A DNA stretch of 64,000 nt from Haliotis rubra (GCF_003918875.1 NW_025767290.1:868001-932000), one strand, 5' to 3'. Positions 24,851-39,400 are shown, counted from the first letter of the stretch. Notes: generated by a model from the sequence alone, not told the origin. Made by a program: numbers and translations.

Positions 24851-26219
24851 TGTAACACAATAATAACAAACAGACAAAAACAAAAACTGTAACCGAGATC
24901 TGTCGTAAGAGAGAACCAGGATTCGCTTATAAAGCTCGTTGACTTTGCCTGATCGATACTCATGATCTTAGCCAGTGGTTATCGATTCGATCTGATTAGC
25001 TTGGATGGCTGGCATTTTATTGTTTAACTGCAGCCTTTTCGTTGATGGTGATGAATAAAATTCGTTAACTCTCTCACGTATTCATTTACCCTTTCTCCCT
25101 ATACAGCCAATGCTTCCCTATCCAGCTACCTCACATGCATTTGGTCTATTTAGAAATGTCATGTTTCTCACTCTGACAATAATTCGTCAGATCGCAGAGT
25201 ACCGTTAGGTTTGAATCAACCATGAACTGCCAAGCCAGTAATCTGACTTCGGCTATTTCTATGTTGTTCGGATGTTGTTAATGACCAGAGAAGACCGTAA
25301 TAAGGTGGTAGTTATCTCATAATGAACTGTTAATGTCTTGGTAATGCTCAACGGTCAACGCGTAGGTGACTGGGAATGAGGCACACGTGATGCAAGGGTC
25401 ATTCATAAACCTTTCATCATTATTTTACCCTTTACGCCCACCATCAGCTAGATGTTCCATTCGTGCTGATGACATTTATTATGGGTGGTAATAATATGTG
25501 ATCTGGTTCAAAGTGTAAAAGCATCAGATTGTCAAGATCTCAAACCTGGCTGACTGCGTGTGATTCTGAACCGATTGTGAACCGACTGCGCTGTCGATGT
25601 TCATTTTATCAATCCCTAACCGCCAGGTACAGACAAAACGCGATGTCGCTGGAGACTTTTTGAAACTGTCATCATCCCAACCTAACGGAAATTATATAAA
25701 AACATTCAAATTCCATTAAATGGATGTAAGAGAGTTGACGTGAAGCGGACGCCCCCAGGAATGCTGACGTGATCTTAAAAAGAAATAGCAATAGCAAAAC
25801 CAACTAACGAGGAATTCCAGGCTGTTTTTCTCTACTTACAACAAACTCGTGACGGCATCTGACTGCACTTTTCGCAATGGCAAACAGATCTGATGAGATA
25901 CTGCTGACTTGATGAGACCCTCGCGGCGGACCCAAAGATACTCATCACTGGAAACTTGAGCAGTCAAACCTTTTTACATGAGCTTCAGTCAATTCTTGCA
26001 TTAACGAGCTCAAAACATCCAGTTCGTTCATATTGTTTTCGTTCAAGCTGACTGTATATAGCTAACCTTTCTATTTGACCTTCATTTGACTTATCACGTG
26101 TACACCAGGTTCTGTAATAATTAATGGCTCAAAGACCACTGAAGAAGAGATGTTGAACTTTACGTACTGGTACCCATCAGTGGCGATATTATACTCTATG
26201 ACATTTCATTTGACTTTTT

Positions 26220-26386
26220 GGGGCGGTGGGGTAGCCTAGTGGTTAAAGCGTTGGCTCGTCACGCCGAAGACCCGGGTTCGATTCCCCACATGGGCACAAT
26301 GTGTGAAGCCCATTTCTGGTGTCCCCCCGCCGTGATATTGCTGGAATATTGCTATAAGCGGCGTAAATCTAAACTCAGTCAGTCAG
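26220..26386 (+). mobile_element. tRNA-derived SINE family B copy
   Basis: GGGGCGGTGGGGTAGCCTAGTGGTTAAAGCG...GGTTCGATTCCC; TSD TCATTTGACTTTT. Confidence 0.88.
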
Positions 26387-27466
26387 TCATTTGACTTTTA
26401 AACTGGACCTCACCCTTCAATTCTCTCAAAACGTATTTCCTCATAGTGAAAATATCATCTCTACACAAACCACTCGACCAGTACTACTAAATCTTCCCGT
26501 TCAACCAGCCCTATGAAGAAAATTATCTATCACACTTAACTCTGTCAGAAAAAAAATAGTTATGAAATTGTTTTGATATTCTCGTCAAATTGCTCTAAGG
26601 TAAGGAGAGAAGCATAATATTTGAATGTACAGTCAAAACCATTTTTGTGTCGAAGTTGAAAGAGTCCAGGTTAGTACTGCGAGTTATCAGAGGTTCGACG
26701 CAACAGAAAATTAAGTGAATAAAAAAAACGAATACGAAGGGACAACATGTTTTAATTCGACACATCCGTACGTTCGACACAATGGTGTTTGTATCTCTCT
26801 GCCTTTGATGACAGTATAGAATATATACCGATTGTAGATAGAACTTCTATGTCGTGACCAAGATTGTGTGAAACTGCTGTATTTAGTGAAATATTAGATT
26901 GATGTCGACGTTTTGAAAGTGGTGCAAAAAAAAGTCCAGGTGAGCTACAGTGTTTTTGCTCGTAGTTTTGCATTGTCTACTTTTCGGTTGTAAGCACTAC
27001 TATCAATTATTCAAGTCCCCTGTTCCCGTCTGGCTAGCAATATACATACATCAAGGAAGAACCCGTTTACTCTGATCAACAATCTCACGTCTCATGAATA
27101 TAATTACACGAGACAACATTTAAACTGATAAATGAGGATAATTAACGATTTGTAAAACAACAAAAATATCCACCACACCGCTTTGTCATATCTGCGTCAA
27201 AAAGTGACCATCTTTGTCACATGCTGCCATGGAAACTTGACCATTCTGTAGTTTTCTGCTCTATTGATCTATTGAAAACAAACAACATAATCTGATTGTT
27301 TTCCCTTTTACCGAACGTGTATTGTCCTCGAGCGTTTACCAATGTGTATTTTCTTTATTTATAGAACATAAATCTAACCCAATACATATAATCACATATG
27401 AGGGTGTTCAGAAGGCGATATATGTAATTGTGTCTGTCTAAATTAGGCGTAACACGAATGTTATGG

Positions 27467-27635
27467 CTGACTGACTGAGTTTGGTTTTACGCCGCTTTTA
27501 GCAATATTCCAGCAACATCATGGCGGGGGACACCAGAAATGGGCTTCAAACAATGTACCCATGTGGGAATTCGAACCCGGGTCTTCGGCGTGACGAGCCA
27601 ACGCTTTAACCACTAGGCTACCCCACCGCCCCTCC
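27467..27635 (-). mobile_element. SINE family B copy
   Basis: TSD ATGTTATGG. Confidence 0.88.
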
Positions 27636-29529
27636 GTATGTTATGGATTGAAGTAGAAAGTATTGAACTTTTGTGGGAGATCTACTTCATCAGTGATCTG
27701 GTTCGTGTGCCAAGTGTACTAATGAACCTAATTGAAAGAGTTTTTTGCAACTAAGCTCACGAAAGATGAACGTCTGTACGGATTAGGATGGAGATGCGGT
27801 CAATGAAAGTATCCGGTTATACAAGTAGCTGCAGACCACAATCCTCGTGACAAAGTACATATACGTACTTTTAGTTAAGTCTGTAATCGCTTTTCCATAG
27901 TGACTGTCACCACATAATATTTCATTATGGCTAGTCTTGGTTACTAACAGCCAGAAAGGTGCGTTGTAGTTTCATTCATTCATTCATTCATTCATTCATT
28001 CATTTTAATGGAGGTCAGTTCCAGACAACACGTATCCCGATATTCTCACGCATACCTCGCCGTTGATTCAATAAGTAAAGAAGAGATGCTTGCAACTGTA
28101 TCCATGTATGCATGATACGTAAATCACTAAAAAGGGAAGAAAAAAACAAAACCAAATTGACGTTTTTCAGGAGCGTACAATTCCGTCATTGAAGAACTAG
28201 GGTGCTCTGAAGATTGGAAACAACACTGCTCATTACAAGCTGTTGCTACTATTCGTACCGTGACCTTGCAAACTAAACAAACAATAACAGACATGTTCTG
28301 CTGCAAACACGATTTGTCTACCATTATGAACACAACAAGCTCTGTATCGTGATATGACTTCCCTACTGGTGTCAGCTTGGCCTAATTGTGAAGACATCAA
28401 TTTCTCAACGAAGATATGTTTTGATAATCAGCTGTCATCAAATCATCTTTGCTGTAAGGTTTGGTTAGTGATTCATCATTCCGTAAGAGGAATCTTCATT
28501 ATAGTTCTGTTCATTTTTTGTTTGTTTGTTTGTTTGTTTGTTTGTTTGTTTTTTTCTCGTTCTTGATAATGATGGGGGAAAGTATTTGTTACATGATGCA
28601 ACAAAATATGTTGCAAGTGAAAAAAGACTTTTCAGATATTTGGTTTATCACACTCAGACACAGACACAGACACGCACGCACACACGCACGCACATACACA
28701 TGCGACAGTGTATGAACGGATGGTCCCAAATTGAATAGAGATCGTTAAGTGTAGGTTCGTTAATCCAGAGAGTGTCAAGGACGGCTATGTACCTGACCGG
28801 ACTGTCGATGACTAAAAGACAGATAATCGCCTGGCATTAGATCGTGTGAGCTCTATATAATTAAATGACAAACTAATAAACTACAACAATCCTATAAGTC
28901 TCGTACGCACCTTATTTGCGGTATCTAATCTCAGTGCCCTCATACCGTCGTATTGACAAAACACAGATCGATGCTTGCAAAGCTACGTAATTATACACTT
29001 TCATAAATGGCACGTCAACACTTTCACTTGTCCTTGTGATCCTCAGCACCGTCAGCACCAGAAACAAAACATCGATCATCTACCGAAATAGATTCCATTG
29101 AACGTAAAATGCAAAACAGAAGTGCAAACAAAATGAATAAACGTACATGGGGTGCATCATCGTAATTTCGCTGTACAGAGTTGCGTCCCTTTGCCGTGAC
29201 AGGACCCGGGCGCGGGTGTCAGCACTTCGACTGTCGTAAGTCTATTTTAAGGTATGTGAGTTGCGATCACCCAAATTAGCACTAGGATTTCCCTGTACAA
29301 CGGCACCTGTGACTCATCGATTTGAATCCTTGCTACTGATACGCAGCGACCCCAACATTGTTAATGTCTACGACAGGGATGATGTTTACGCCATTATACA
29401 CTGTTAAAACTAATGTGGTTTCTCAACAACAAAAAACAAACGAGACATTTAAACCCACTCGACGCTCACATATGAAGCAGAATTACTTCATAGGAGATCT
29501 CTAATTTTCTTTGTTTTTTTGGTGCATTT

Positions 29530-29891
29530 AGGTGAGGTGGGTGAGGTGAAACTGGGTTTAACGTCGTGCTTGAGAATATTTCGCTCATATGACGACGTGC
29601 ATGCGTGTGTATGTGTATGTGAGACTGCTTGTACTAGTCCAGACTGAAGCTGGTTTTATAGTGCTAGCCCACTGAGATACCATGCCGCAGTGAAGCATGA
29701 ATACCCCACTCAGACACATTATACTGACTCCGAGCCGACCAGTCCTTGTTGTACCCATTAATGCCGAGCGTCAGGCAGGGACCGACAAGTACCATATTTT
29801 AACGTCTTTTGGTATGACGCGGTCGGGGATTGAACCCGCGACCTTCCGCTCTCCGGGCGGACGCTCTAACCACTACACCACGGAGGCGGTC
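29530..29891 (-). mobile_element. SINE family C copy
   Basis: reverse complement of the 15395-15769 copy. Confidence 0.88.
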
Positions 29892-30329
29892 TTGTTGCAT
29901 TGAGATGGATGGATGATTTTGGACAAGGCAGGTTGAGTGTACGTATTAAATACAAATACAAGTCACTAATATCCCTTTAATTGTCAGTTGATTACATATT
30001 GTCATAATTGCGTATACCAACAAATTCTAGACAGTAAATACATTCTAAACAGTAAATACAAATGCCACTCAAACAAGTAAATACATTGTCCATTTACATA
30101 GAACATAAATTCAGCATAAGTCTATGGTAATTGTTTGTGATAAAGGCAATGTACTATGGTAAGCGCCAATCTCCCCCTGGCATATATCATAAAAGAAGCA
30201 TTGTCTCACGAATTTGTTTTGGATAAAAATATTCAGATAGCTTTCAATACCAGATTGAGTTCCCTATTTGTCTGTGTTCTATAATGGTAGCTATCTGATA
30301 CCTACTGGGATCACAAACTACTGGGATCA

Positions 30330-31400
30330 CTGAAAACGTTGTCGTAGAACAAAATGAATTAAAATAATGTGGATTCTCAACAACAAAAATCAAAGGATCT
30401 GCCTGGCTCAGAATGTCAAACATTATATTTTTCAACTATGTACTTTCTCGCATGACAAACCTCATTCTTGATCCGTGTGATAATGGTCACTACACATGGG
30501 AACATATAGGCACTGATCAACCTTCCGAGGTTCAGGGTACCCTGTCAAAAAGGGGAAAAGTTCACTGAGAAATTATTTGAATTACTGAACTTTCTCACTT
30601 ATAATACATGTACAATTTGAGGATACGGCATTTAGGCATGCAGTGAGCATCTCCAGAGGCACTACTTCTGTTCTTCGTGACTATCTAATCCCTTCATTGA
30701 TATGGATCGGAATATTCTTCTTGGACTGGCAAAGTTGAAATGAGGCAATCTGGCAAAGAAGCGGATGATCTGATATCGGTTATCACCCATCCAATTTCTA
30801 GCTCTGATCTATCCATCTGAATTAGATATAAAGGAGACTAGTGAGACTGCCTGATCTGCTTCATAGTTCGATCTATGCGTAACAACTCAGAGCGACAAAA
30901 ACACTCCCACATGAATGTACATGTATGACAACAGGAATGACTTCAACTTTACAGTAATGAACTTTCCCTTTACGTCGAAAATGATTCTAGTAGCTCCAGC
31001 CTTTGGCGGTGGTGGGGTAGCCTAGTGGTTCCGGCGTTCGCTCGTCACGCCGAAGACCCGGGTTCGAGTCCCCACATGGGTACAATGTGTGAAGCACATT
31101 TCTGGTGTCCCCCGTCGTGATATTGCTGGAATATTGCTAAAAGCGGCGTAAAACTAAACTCACTCACTCACTCACTCCAGCCTTTGGTGTTCACATTTCA
31201 CAACTTTTGAGGTACATGCTCCTTTTAACGAAGATTTAACGAGTCTATTTAATTGAAGTTACAACTTGCAAGACTTCAGCAAAGCTTTTTCTGAAAAATA
31301 CAAAGTGTAGACTTGTGAGGGACATTTCCATATTTGACCCACCAGTGTTAATACCCTAGTTAGACTTTACCATTTGCTCAAGTGTTTCTCAAATGAATCA
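30330..31400 (+). pseudogene. Penelope-like element RT relic (Naiad/Chlamys-like)
   Basis: Broken frames give MWILNN, ELLNFL..N..VQFEDTAFRHAVSISRGT, IYPSELDIKET....SAS.FDL, MYDNRNDFNFTVMNFP and APAFGVHISQLLRY, matching recalled PLE RT motifs (IYP.ELE..T, YDKRDDF.F.IVNFP, AYG...SQL.RY). Confidence 0.75.
31007..31174 (+). mobile_element. SINE family B copy nested in the PLE relic
   Basis: 13-bp TSD CTCCAGCCTTTGG. Confidence 0.9.
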
Positions 31401-32697
31401 TTAACAAAGTACAAGCCTATCTGTCAAATATGTAATACGTCCTGGTTGCACGTGTGATTCTTAATCGTACGTCTGATTCCTTGATCGTTCATCAAGCTGA
31501 TCAACTCATCATCAACGTGACCTGAATCAACATGACTCTTGATTATTTTTCAACACGACACACACATTAACGATCAGAATGGATAGTAACGTACACCAGA
31601 AATTGCCCCAGTCATCAACCTTCTTTCTGAACAATTGTGTTAATAGAGGATGCTGCTGGTAAAGCCCCTTGATGTCTGTTTACCTTCGTCTGAGCATCGG
31701 ACACTGACATTTCCTTTCCTCCGAGAGCGGTTCTCTATCCCTGTACGAGTGTCTGGAATATTACTAGCTCTTAGAGGGGCTTATTTTGGTATTCAGCCTG
31801 CAGCAAAGACCATTAGGACAGTAGAAATCAGTCGAAGACAGCTGTAAGTTGCTAAGAGCAATTAGGAGAGCAACATCACGATGGAGACACCGTCACCGCG
31901 ATAACAAACACGTAGTCTCGTTCGTGTACTGCTATAATCAAAAGCACCATTTACTCATATTTTTTTCCCCGCCGTGATGTTGTTGGAATATTGCTAAAAG
32001 CGGCGTAAAACTCAACTCAGTCAGTCAGTCATATTTTTTTTTTCTTAAAACAGGTATATTTTATATCGGAGTCGTGGAACGTTAGATAAATATTAAAATT
32101 AAATCAATACAAAAACTTTAAAAACGTCAGGTGAAGTAACTGTGTTTTTTAGGTGACTAAACTTTGTATATGCATGATTTCTGCACATTTATGTTCCTTT
32201 GTAATTACAGGCAGGTTCCGACTCAAGGTAATCTGCCATAAGTGTTGCGAAGTAGACATATGGTTATGGGGGAGGGGGGTTCAGATGCAGTGAATCTGGA
32301 TGTGTACTTTGGTTTGTGGTGTTTAACTGGTGGTGAGTCATTGCCGTTGTTTTGTTCACTTTCTAAAAATGAATTAACGGTAACATTTTATGGGTTCCGA
32401 TCTGGTTCTGACAATATATAGCCACAATTGCCCATTTGTACACTTTTCCAAATGATTGCAAAGAAGAATTTTTACAGAGGTGGGACAGTTTCAGCAGTTG
32501 TTGGGGTTTTCATCCGATTGTGTCAGAATTTTGAACTGAGTATGGTGTGTATATGTACGATAGACAGCCACTTTTAAGTAAAGAAAAACGTTCCAGAAAT
32601 ATCTGAGGGACAATTATTATGTCTATCCACATGCAAAATTTCCTCCTCGGACAACCGTTTTCAGAAAGTGATGAACTGAGCATTAAATACCCTGTAA

Positions 32698-32855
32698 CTG
32701 AGTGAGTAAATTTTACACCGCCTTTGGCAATATTCCAGCAATATCGTGACGGGGACACCAGAAATGGACTTCACTCATTGTTCCCATGTGATATCGATCC
32801 GGTTCTTCGACGTGACGAGCGAGCGCTTTAACGACAAGGCTACCCCACTGCCCCG
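32698..32855 (-). mobile_element. SINE family B copy (diverged)
   Basis: reverse complement of family B. Confidence 0.8.
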
Positions 32856-34046
32856 TAAATATCTATTAAATATATATATATGTATTTTACGAAAGTTCTT
32901 CAAACATTTTATCTATCAGTGTTTAATTATCCTCTTTGCGTTTATGACTTGTATTGGTTCTTAACTTTAACAGGATGCTGTTATCAGCATCTGGACTTTC
33001 AACACAGTTATATACTGTCAAAGGCGGAAAGGTGTGAGCCGCGCTGGTTTGTTAATTGGATCAGTTTCCTGCACCAATCAACATCTCATTGACTGACTTC
33101 GGCTTATGTATACAAGATTGCTGTTGTTTGAATCTCATGGGACCAAATGTCCTTCTCGAGTGATCGTGTGTATTTATGAGACGAGTTCGTGTAACCGGAA
33201 ATCAAATAATGACAACAATAACAGGGAATGGTCGGGACCGACAGGTACTTCGAGTTATGCATAATATTCGAGACACCGGCATTCGACTCATCGGGATACT
33301 TAAATGCAAGGTAATTAGTTGTGTAGTAGATGCCAGAGACATGATTTCAGCTGCCAGTGTAGTTCATTATCACGGCCGATCTAATCCCAATCCCATGGGT
33401 AGTCCGACTGCATACTGTTTGCTGCCGTTTTCACGTCACTGACTGCAGATCAAAAAGGAAATTGTGTTGAATACGTAACAATTCAATGACGCTAACCTTT
33501 AACTACAGGTGATGCTTTGCAGAATACATATTCTTGCTTTTAATGATAGATATGGTAATTCATGTTGTGAAATTTACCTTAGCTTGCCATTAATGTCCAG
33601 ATGGTCAGTCAGGTTCGATGTCACGAACAAGCACGAACTGGAACCAATTGCCGGGTCGTCTCTCGGTTTCAGTCGCTGCAAGTTGTCGGAACCATGGGGC
33701 TGAGTACAAAACGTTGCTGGTGTTTTATCAAGGTATCAGGATATCGACTTTCTCTATCAGGTAAAAATACATAATCGTTTTCTCATAAAATGAGATGTAG
33801 AAAATGTATTTACAAATGTGTTATATATACTTTAGAATGGCAACAACCAGTTGGCACATGGTAGCATCTGAACTCAGATAGGTTCCTTCAATTGGTGGCA
33901 GGTTGTTGCGTGTTGATTTGCAAGTTGAAACGTTATGTTAACTGGAAATCAGTCCGTGTGAAACCAACCAACAACAAAGAGATGTTAATATACGATTAAT
34001 AATTGTATTCCAAAATTCATTCAATTTGTAAATCCATAGACAGGAA

Positions 34047-34240
34047 CTCGTGAAGATCCAGGTTAGAAATTGTTTTCAGCAACCCATGTATGTGGTAAGA
34101 GGCGACTAACGGGTATCGGGTGGTCAGGCTTGCTGCGTAGATCGTTGATCACTGGATTGTCTGGTCTAGACACGATTATTTACAGACCGCCGCCATATAG
34201 CTGGAATATTGTTGAGTGCAGCGTTATAATTAAACATCAA
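34047..34240 (+). mobile_element. SINE-like family A copy (internally deleted)
   Basis: similarity to family A. Confidence 0.75.
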
Positions 34241-34837
34241 ACAGACACAGGTCTTGTTTCCTGACTGGATTATAATTGGCTGGTGTTGCATCCGTCCGTA
34301 GCCACTGATTTCTGATCGTGTTTTACAATATTTGTTTTATAAATATATTTATTTAGCAGTGGCTGTTTTTATTATTCAATTGTGCATTAACCACAACTGG
34401 AATCAATGTTTTCAACAGAGGGGATTTACATGGAATACAACGATGCATAAATAACTCCATATACATCCATTCTTAACTTTTTCACCTAAAGCAAGTCTTT
34501 AAATGTGTAATATATTCCTTATACATGATCATGACACTGCCATGATGTATGGGAGTCTTGTGTATCTTTGGTGTCTGGAGATAGCTTCATGTGGCTAGTA
34601 AAATGAAGAATGTTGCTGTAAGGACACGCTCAATTCGTCGTTTATGGACGATTAGTCAATTTGTCCCGAATTCCAGTTGACCAAACCTTACTTCAGCTGA
34701 AATGCTGTGAGGAATATTTTACGCCGGAAACTATGTACTATTCGATAATTTGGTAGTCAAAGAAGCGGGAGTAAAATGTGTGAAACAGCTGTTGCTTTCA
34801 GGTTTTCAGCTGGAACCTGTCAGGATATAATGTGAGA

Positions 34838-34910
34838 ACACATCTACATTGGGTGAGTACACATCTACATTGGGTGAGTACACATCTACATTGGGTGAGT
34901 ACACATCTAC
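34838..34910. repeat. 21-bp tandem repeat, about 3.5 copies
   Basis: ACACATCTACATTGGGTGAGT repeated. Confidence 0.85.
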
Positions 34911-35561
34911 ACATGTATGTACACATACATCACAGCCGGGTGTGCGAGAAAGGCTGGAGACGGCACAGCACAGGCTAATGAATCAATAACGTTGTCGACA
35001 CTTGTGCACGTGCTTCTCTAACACCTGGCTGTCCCTTTCTCTGCACTCCTCCCTCGTAACAAATAGGGAACTGTGTCAATATTTTAATGATAGTTTGTTA
35101 AACAACTTTTTTAATTTTAGGACATAAATTCTGCAAACAAATCACAGAGTTGGTCTGATGTTTTGATTATGATCAGCGTTTCATTGAGTATTATATGTTT
35201 ATTAGTTTTTGAGTTAGATTGCAATTCATCGGTCCGCTTTTGAGCCAAACGCACTATTTTTTTTATAAGGTGATAGTGAGTCACTAAGGTAACCTTAGTG
35301 CAATGTTAAAGAATGGGAAGTAACGTTAACCTTAGTAAAGGTTGCTTCGTGAAAGGAGTCCCTGAATTGCAGCTGCACGGAAAATCGTTTATAGCCGTCC
35401 TTGCTGTTATTAAGACACAATACGAGGTTGACATCATATTAACAACAGGTAACTCTAACTCATCTCTTGAATATATTGAGCCATGGGAACGGAATTGTAG
35501 TTAGAGACGGAACACGAATTTATTGGTTTTTAAATCTACTACTATAAAAGTAGGAGATGCA

Positions 35562-35688
35562 TATGGAATACTGTAAGGGACATTCTCGCGATCTCGCATT
35601 CTCGCACTTTTAGCACTTTTAGCTTGTTTCCAAAGGTCGAGATCGCGAGAATGCGAGATCGCGAGAATGTCCCTTACAGTATTCCATA
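35562..35688. mobile_element. hairpin/foldback MITE
   Basis: TATGGAATACTGTAAGGGACATTCTCGCGATCTCGCATTCTCGC ... GCGAGAATGCGAGATCGCGAGAATGTCCCTTACAGTATTCCATA, a perfect inverted repeat of about 44 bp. Confidence 0.75.
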
Positions 35689-35966
35689 GATACACTATAA
35701 CAAGGTGTCACATTCATTGTCATTGTATATCTTAAATGGGGTTGTTTAAATATTTTCACAGAGTAATACAGACTGTGATTAAGATTTGCTTAAGTCGCTG
35801 AACGTCAGATGATTTTGTTAGACGACTGCCAAAAGCGCCCCACTGTCTGTCACTTCACTAATCATGGGAAATCAAACTAATTAACATCGTGTGAATCCGC
35901 ATCTGTTCTCACGACATCCCGGAGTCGACGAAGTATCCTCCTAATCAAAAGTCCAATGATGCTCAG

Positions 35967-36338
35967 TAGGGGTGGGTATTGCAGAGAATTTTCACATTGC
36001 GATATATTGCGATGCGAAAGCATATATTGCGATATGTATTGCAATATATTGCAAGAAGTATTTTTAAACATAAAACTACTTATAATCGAGTTAATGCTTG
36101 ATTCATAAAGCAAAAACACAACAAAATAACAACGCTTGATTAAGCTTTATCAACAACCTTTAATTAAGACAAAATAAAATGTAAATAATATTTGGCACAA
36201 ATGAAACACGGAAATGTCCGAAGATTTCCGAGCGTTACGATGTCAAAATACCGGTTTTTGATCACCGTATCGCAATACGTATCGTTTTCATGTTTGAACC
36301 GGTAAATACCGGTAAACCGGTTATATTGCGCAGCCCTA
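35967..36338. mobile_element. hAT-type MITE family H1 copy
   Basis: 8-bp TSD ATGCTCAG; homologous to 17462-17872. Confidence 0.88.
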
Positions 36339-37616
36339 ATGCTCAGGCCATAAGGCTCAGTCTTGTTCCAGCCTCCGAAGGGCGGTTGGGTAGCATAGTG
36401 GTTAATGCGTTCGCTCGTCACGCCGTTACACTCCAACCTCCGACATGCCAATTGCACGTAGCTGTTCCTGTCGTAACAGACGCAGCGTGTCAAAACCATT
36501 TAATTGATCTTTAAACGATATCAGAACAACGTTCAGTCTGGTTTTATCACTCAAATATCCAGGAAAACACTAACGTTTTACAGTAAATTTCGAATTTTAA
36601 TCCAATATGTTTACGTGCACGTCATAATAAACGCTTGTCCGAAATTGACATGTTTGCACGAAATTGATAACTGATTTAATTTAATGATCATTTTCTAAGA
36701 CCATATGCTATCATACAATTTGGTTCCTAAATAATATCACTCCAAAATATCCCCTGCTTTTTGTGAACAGTATAATACAAGATCAAGCGTAAAATCGCGA
36801 AAATCAACTAAGGCACTCTTCATAAAATCAATAAAACGTCATGTGTAAACCGAAACAGCTGTGACCCCACGGAAGGATGACTGTATTTCTGAATGTCATT
36901 GCAGAATGGAAGCTACTATTTCATGTCTAACCACCTGTTGCCTGCCATGGCATTGATTTGTAGCCGCACGCTTTACCAGATTATTTATGAGCAATTACAT
37001 TTATTACACTTCCATGAATAACATCAAACACTAAGTGTGTATCATATTACCTGAGTCTCGCTTGACAACGTTCCAATCCTCAACAGTAAAAATACTGTAA
37101 CCCCATTTAACTCTAACTCGTATAGCTGAAAATGGGTACCGTATGTACCTATTGAACCATGTATACGGCTTTGAATCGGCATTCCGCTTGTCTCGAACAA
37201 CGGAAAACTCGACATGGTTGCCACAGGTTCGTGTTTCGTGGCTGTAGATCGTATAGAGACACAACGCCATCATTTACACGTGTATAACGTTATCTATCAA
37301 CATCTCTTTGATGGATCTGTGTGTTCAATGTCCGCCCTTATTATAAGCTCCGTGACACTGACATATCTTGTCAGGAGACTTAGCTACATCACCAGCTTAC
37401 CCTATCGATCTACGGTCAGGCTGACTTTGCAGAATCTCCCACCGTCACACAGCCTTGCTCGACAACTGCCAGCTGCTATAGATTTCAGAGTATTGCAGTT
37501 ATGTGTCCCACCTGTGCCGTGCGTCCCACACATATGCATTCCACATTCATATACAACTTACTTTGAAGTAGTCCAGCCCCACAGACACAGTGTTTACTTA
37601 AATAAGTCATCGCCAT

Positions 37617-37989
37617 NNNNNNNNNNNNNNNNNNNNNNNNNNNNNNNNNNNNNNNNNNNNNNNNNNNNNNNNNNNNNNNNNNNNNNNNNNNNNNNNNNNN
37701 NNNNNNNNNNNNNNNNNNNNNNNNNNNNNNNNNNNNNNNNNNNNNNNNNNNNNNNNNNNNNNNNNNNNNNNNNNNNNNNNNNNNNNNNNNNNNNNNNNNN
37801 NNNNNNNNNNNNNNNNNNNNNNNNNNNNNNNNNNNNNNNNNNNNNNNNNNNNNNNNNNNNNNNNNNNNNNNNNNNNNNNNNNNNNNNNNNNNNNNNNNNN
37901 NNNNNNNNNNNNNNNNNNNNNNNNNNNNNNNNNNNNNNNNNNNNNNNNNNNNNNNNNNNNNNNNNNNNNNNNNNNNNNNNNNNNNNNNN
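37617..37989. other. assembly gap
   Basis: run of N. Confidence 1.
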
Positions 37990-38042
37990 AATTGTACATC
38001 AACAAAAATGTTCGGATGATAGGGAGAGAGTATTAACACAAT

Positions 38043-39400
38043 CATTATTATTATGCGTTTATATGATAATTATAATTGAATGCAGCAATGATGGTTCAGG
38101 TGGTCCTGATACAGTCAGGATGGTTCAGCTCATCATCCACTCAGGTCCTTTACTCTCTCTACACGCAGCCCAAACAACGAATGGGGCAGCGAATTTGCAC
38201 TGGAACTCTCCCACACCGGCCCTCGTGTCTTTTTAAAAATATATATAAAACTTTGAGATGGACCCGACTCGAAATGCTTCACAGTACAATACATCATGAT
38301 GTATTGTACTATGAAGTATTTTGAGTCGGGGGTCATCTCAAAAACAATATTTTAAAAATCTTTAATCCTCGCAAAGACACGACGGCCTGTGCTCTCCCTG
38401 TGTCAGTCAAGGATCGGCAGGTCAGACAATAAACAATGGATCGGACAACATGGTTCTCGGAATGCAAGCGTTACATTTCGTAAGGTACGTCCGCATAATT
38501 GCTTTTTTTTCCTAAACCTTGCTAATCACAATAGTGTCAAAAGGGACAACAAATTCAGTAAACTAAATAATTTAATTTGTTTCATCAAAGAGGCAATGTT
38601 AGGTTTATTGGTGTGGATACGGGCCTATTCTAAAGAAGCTTATAATTGTCCAATTCTATTACTACCTCTACAAGCACATTGTCCCATGATTTATAATGTA
38701 GCTTCAAATCAACAAGCATGGCGAAGATGGACCTAAGGGTCGAGACACTCACCATGTTACTTAAAATACCGTTTTGTACCAAGGCTGGACATCCACTGAC
38801 AAGATATTGGTCAGTCTCATTTTATTTAATACATAAATGTACCTATGTTATGTACATCTTCGTGCAAAACTATACTCTGACGGTTACGAGTCGAAAGTGC
38901 CAGTTCCTGAGAGGCAAACATAATGTTTCATTTGTCAGGCCAGTCCAGTTCATTCAAGTGTAGGACTCTCTTCTGCTCTCTTCTTCTCAAAAACACTGCA
39001 CAGAAACCTGGGGCAGTGGTCGTTCACAAAGTCTTCCTTTGAAAAACTCAAACTGAGACTCAGCTGATTTGATATGTCACTTCGCTTGGTTGAAACTCAG
39101 TTCTGTCCCGCCGATTCAATATTGCGCCATCAACAAAATCAACCTTCAGATTGGCTGATGTAATGAAACTGTGGAATGCCATTTTCATCACGAGTCCCGA
39201 CATGCTTCACAAGAGGATCACCAGACAGTATATGTATGCCAAAGTACACTAAATCTCTGCCATGAAGAGCTTTTGCGTAAATCAGACCACGCCCTCGTAT
39301 TATGACTGGTAAGTAAAGGCAACAGGGAGACGAACGAAGGTGATGGTATTGCTTGTCTAACATGATGATTCTTCGAGGGAGGGTGTCATCACCATGAATT
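38043..39400 (-). mobile_element. old degenerate copy of the R4/Dong-like element
   Basis: 38078-38185 aligns with the 3' UTR at 11480-11586. 38510-38900 aligns with 11855-12270. 39180-39360 (GRGLI...ALH, DPLVKHV) aligns with 12570-12760. The 3' end abuts ATTATTATTAT. Confidence 0.8.

Noticed and set aside
25620-26500. Possible APE-endonuclease LINE relic (ILITGNL resembling ILxGDFN)
   Set aside because: Only one weak motif; too degenerate to support.
37214-38236. 340-aa ORF and other X-rich ORFs (5561-5995, 45018-45303, 48434-48717)
   Set aside because: Artefacts of reading through N gaps.
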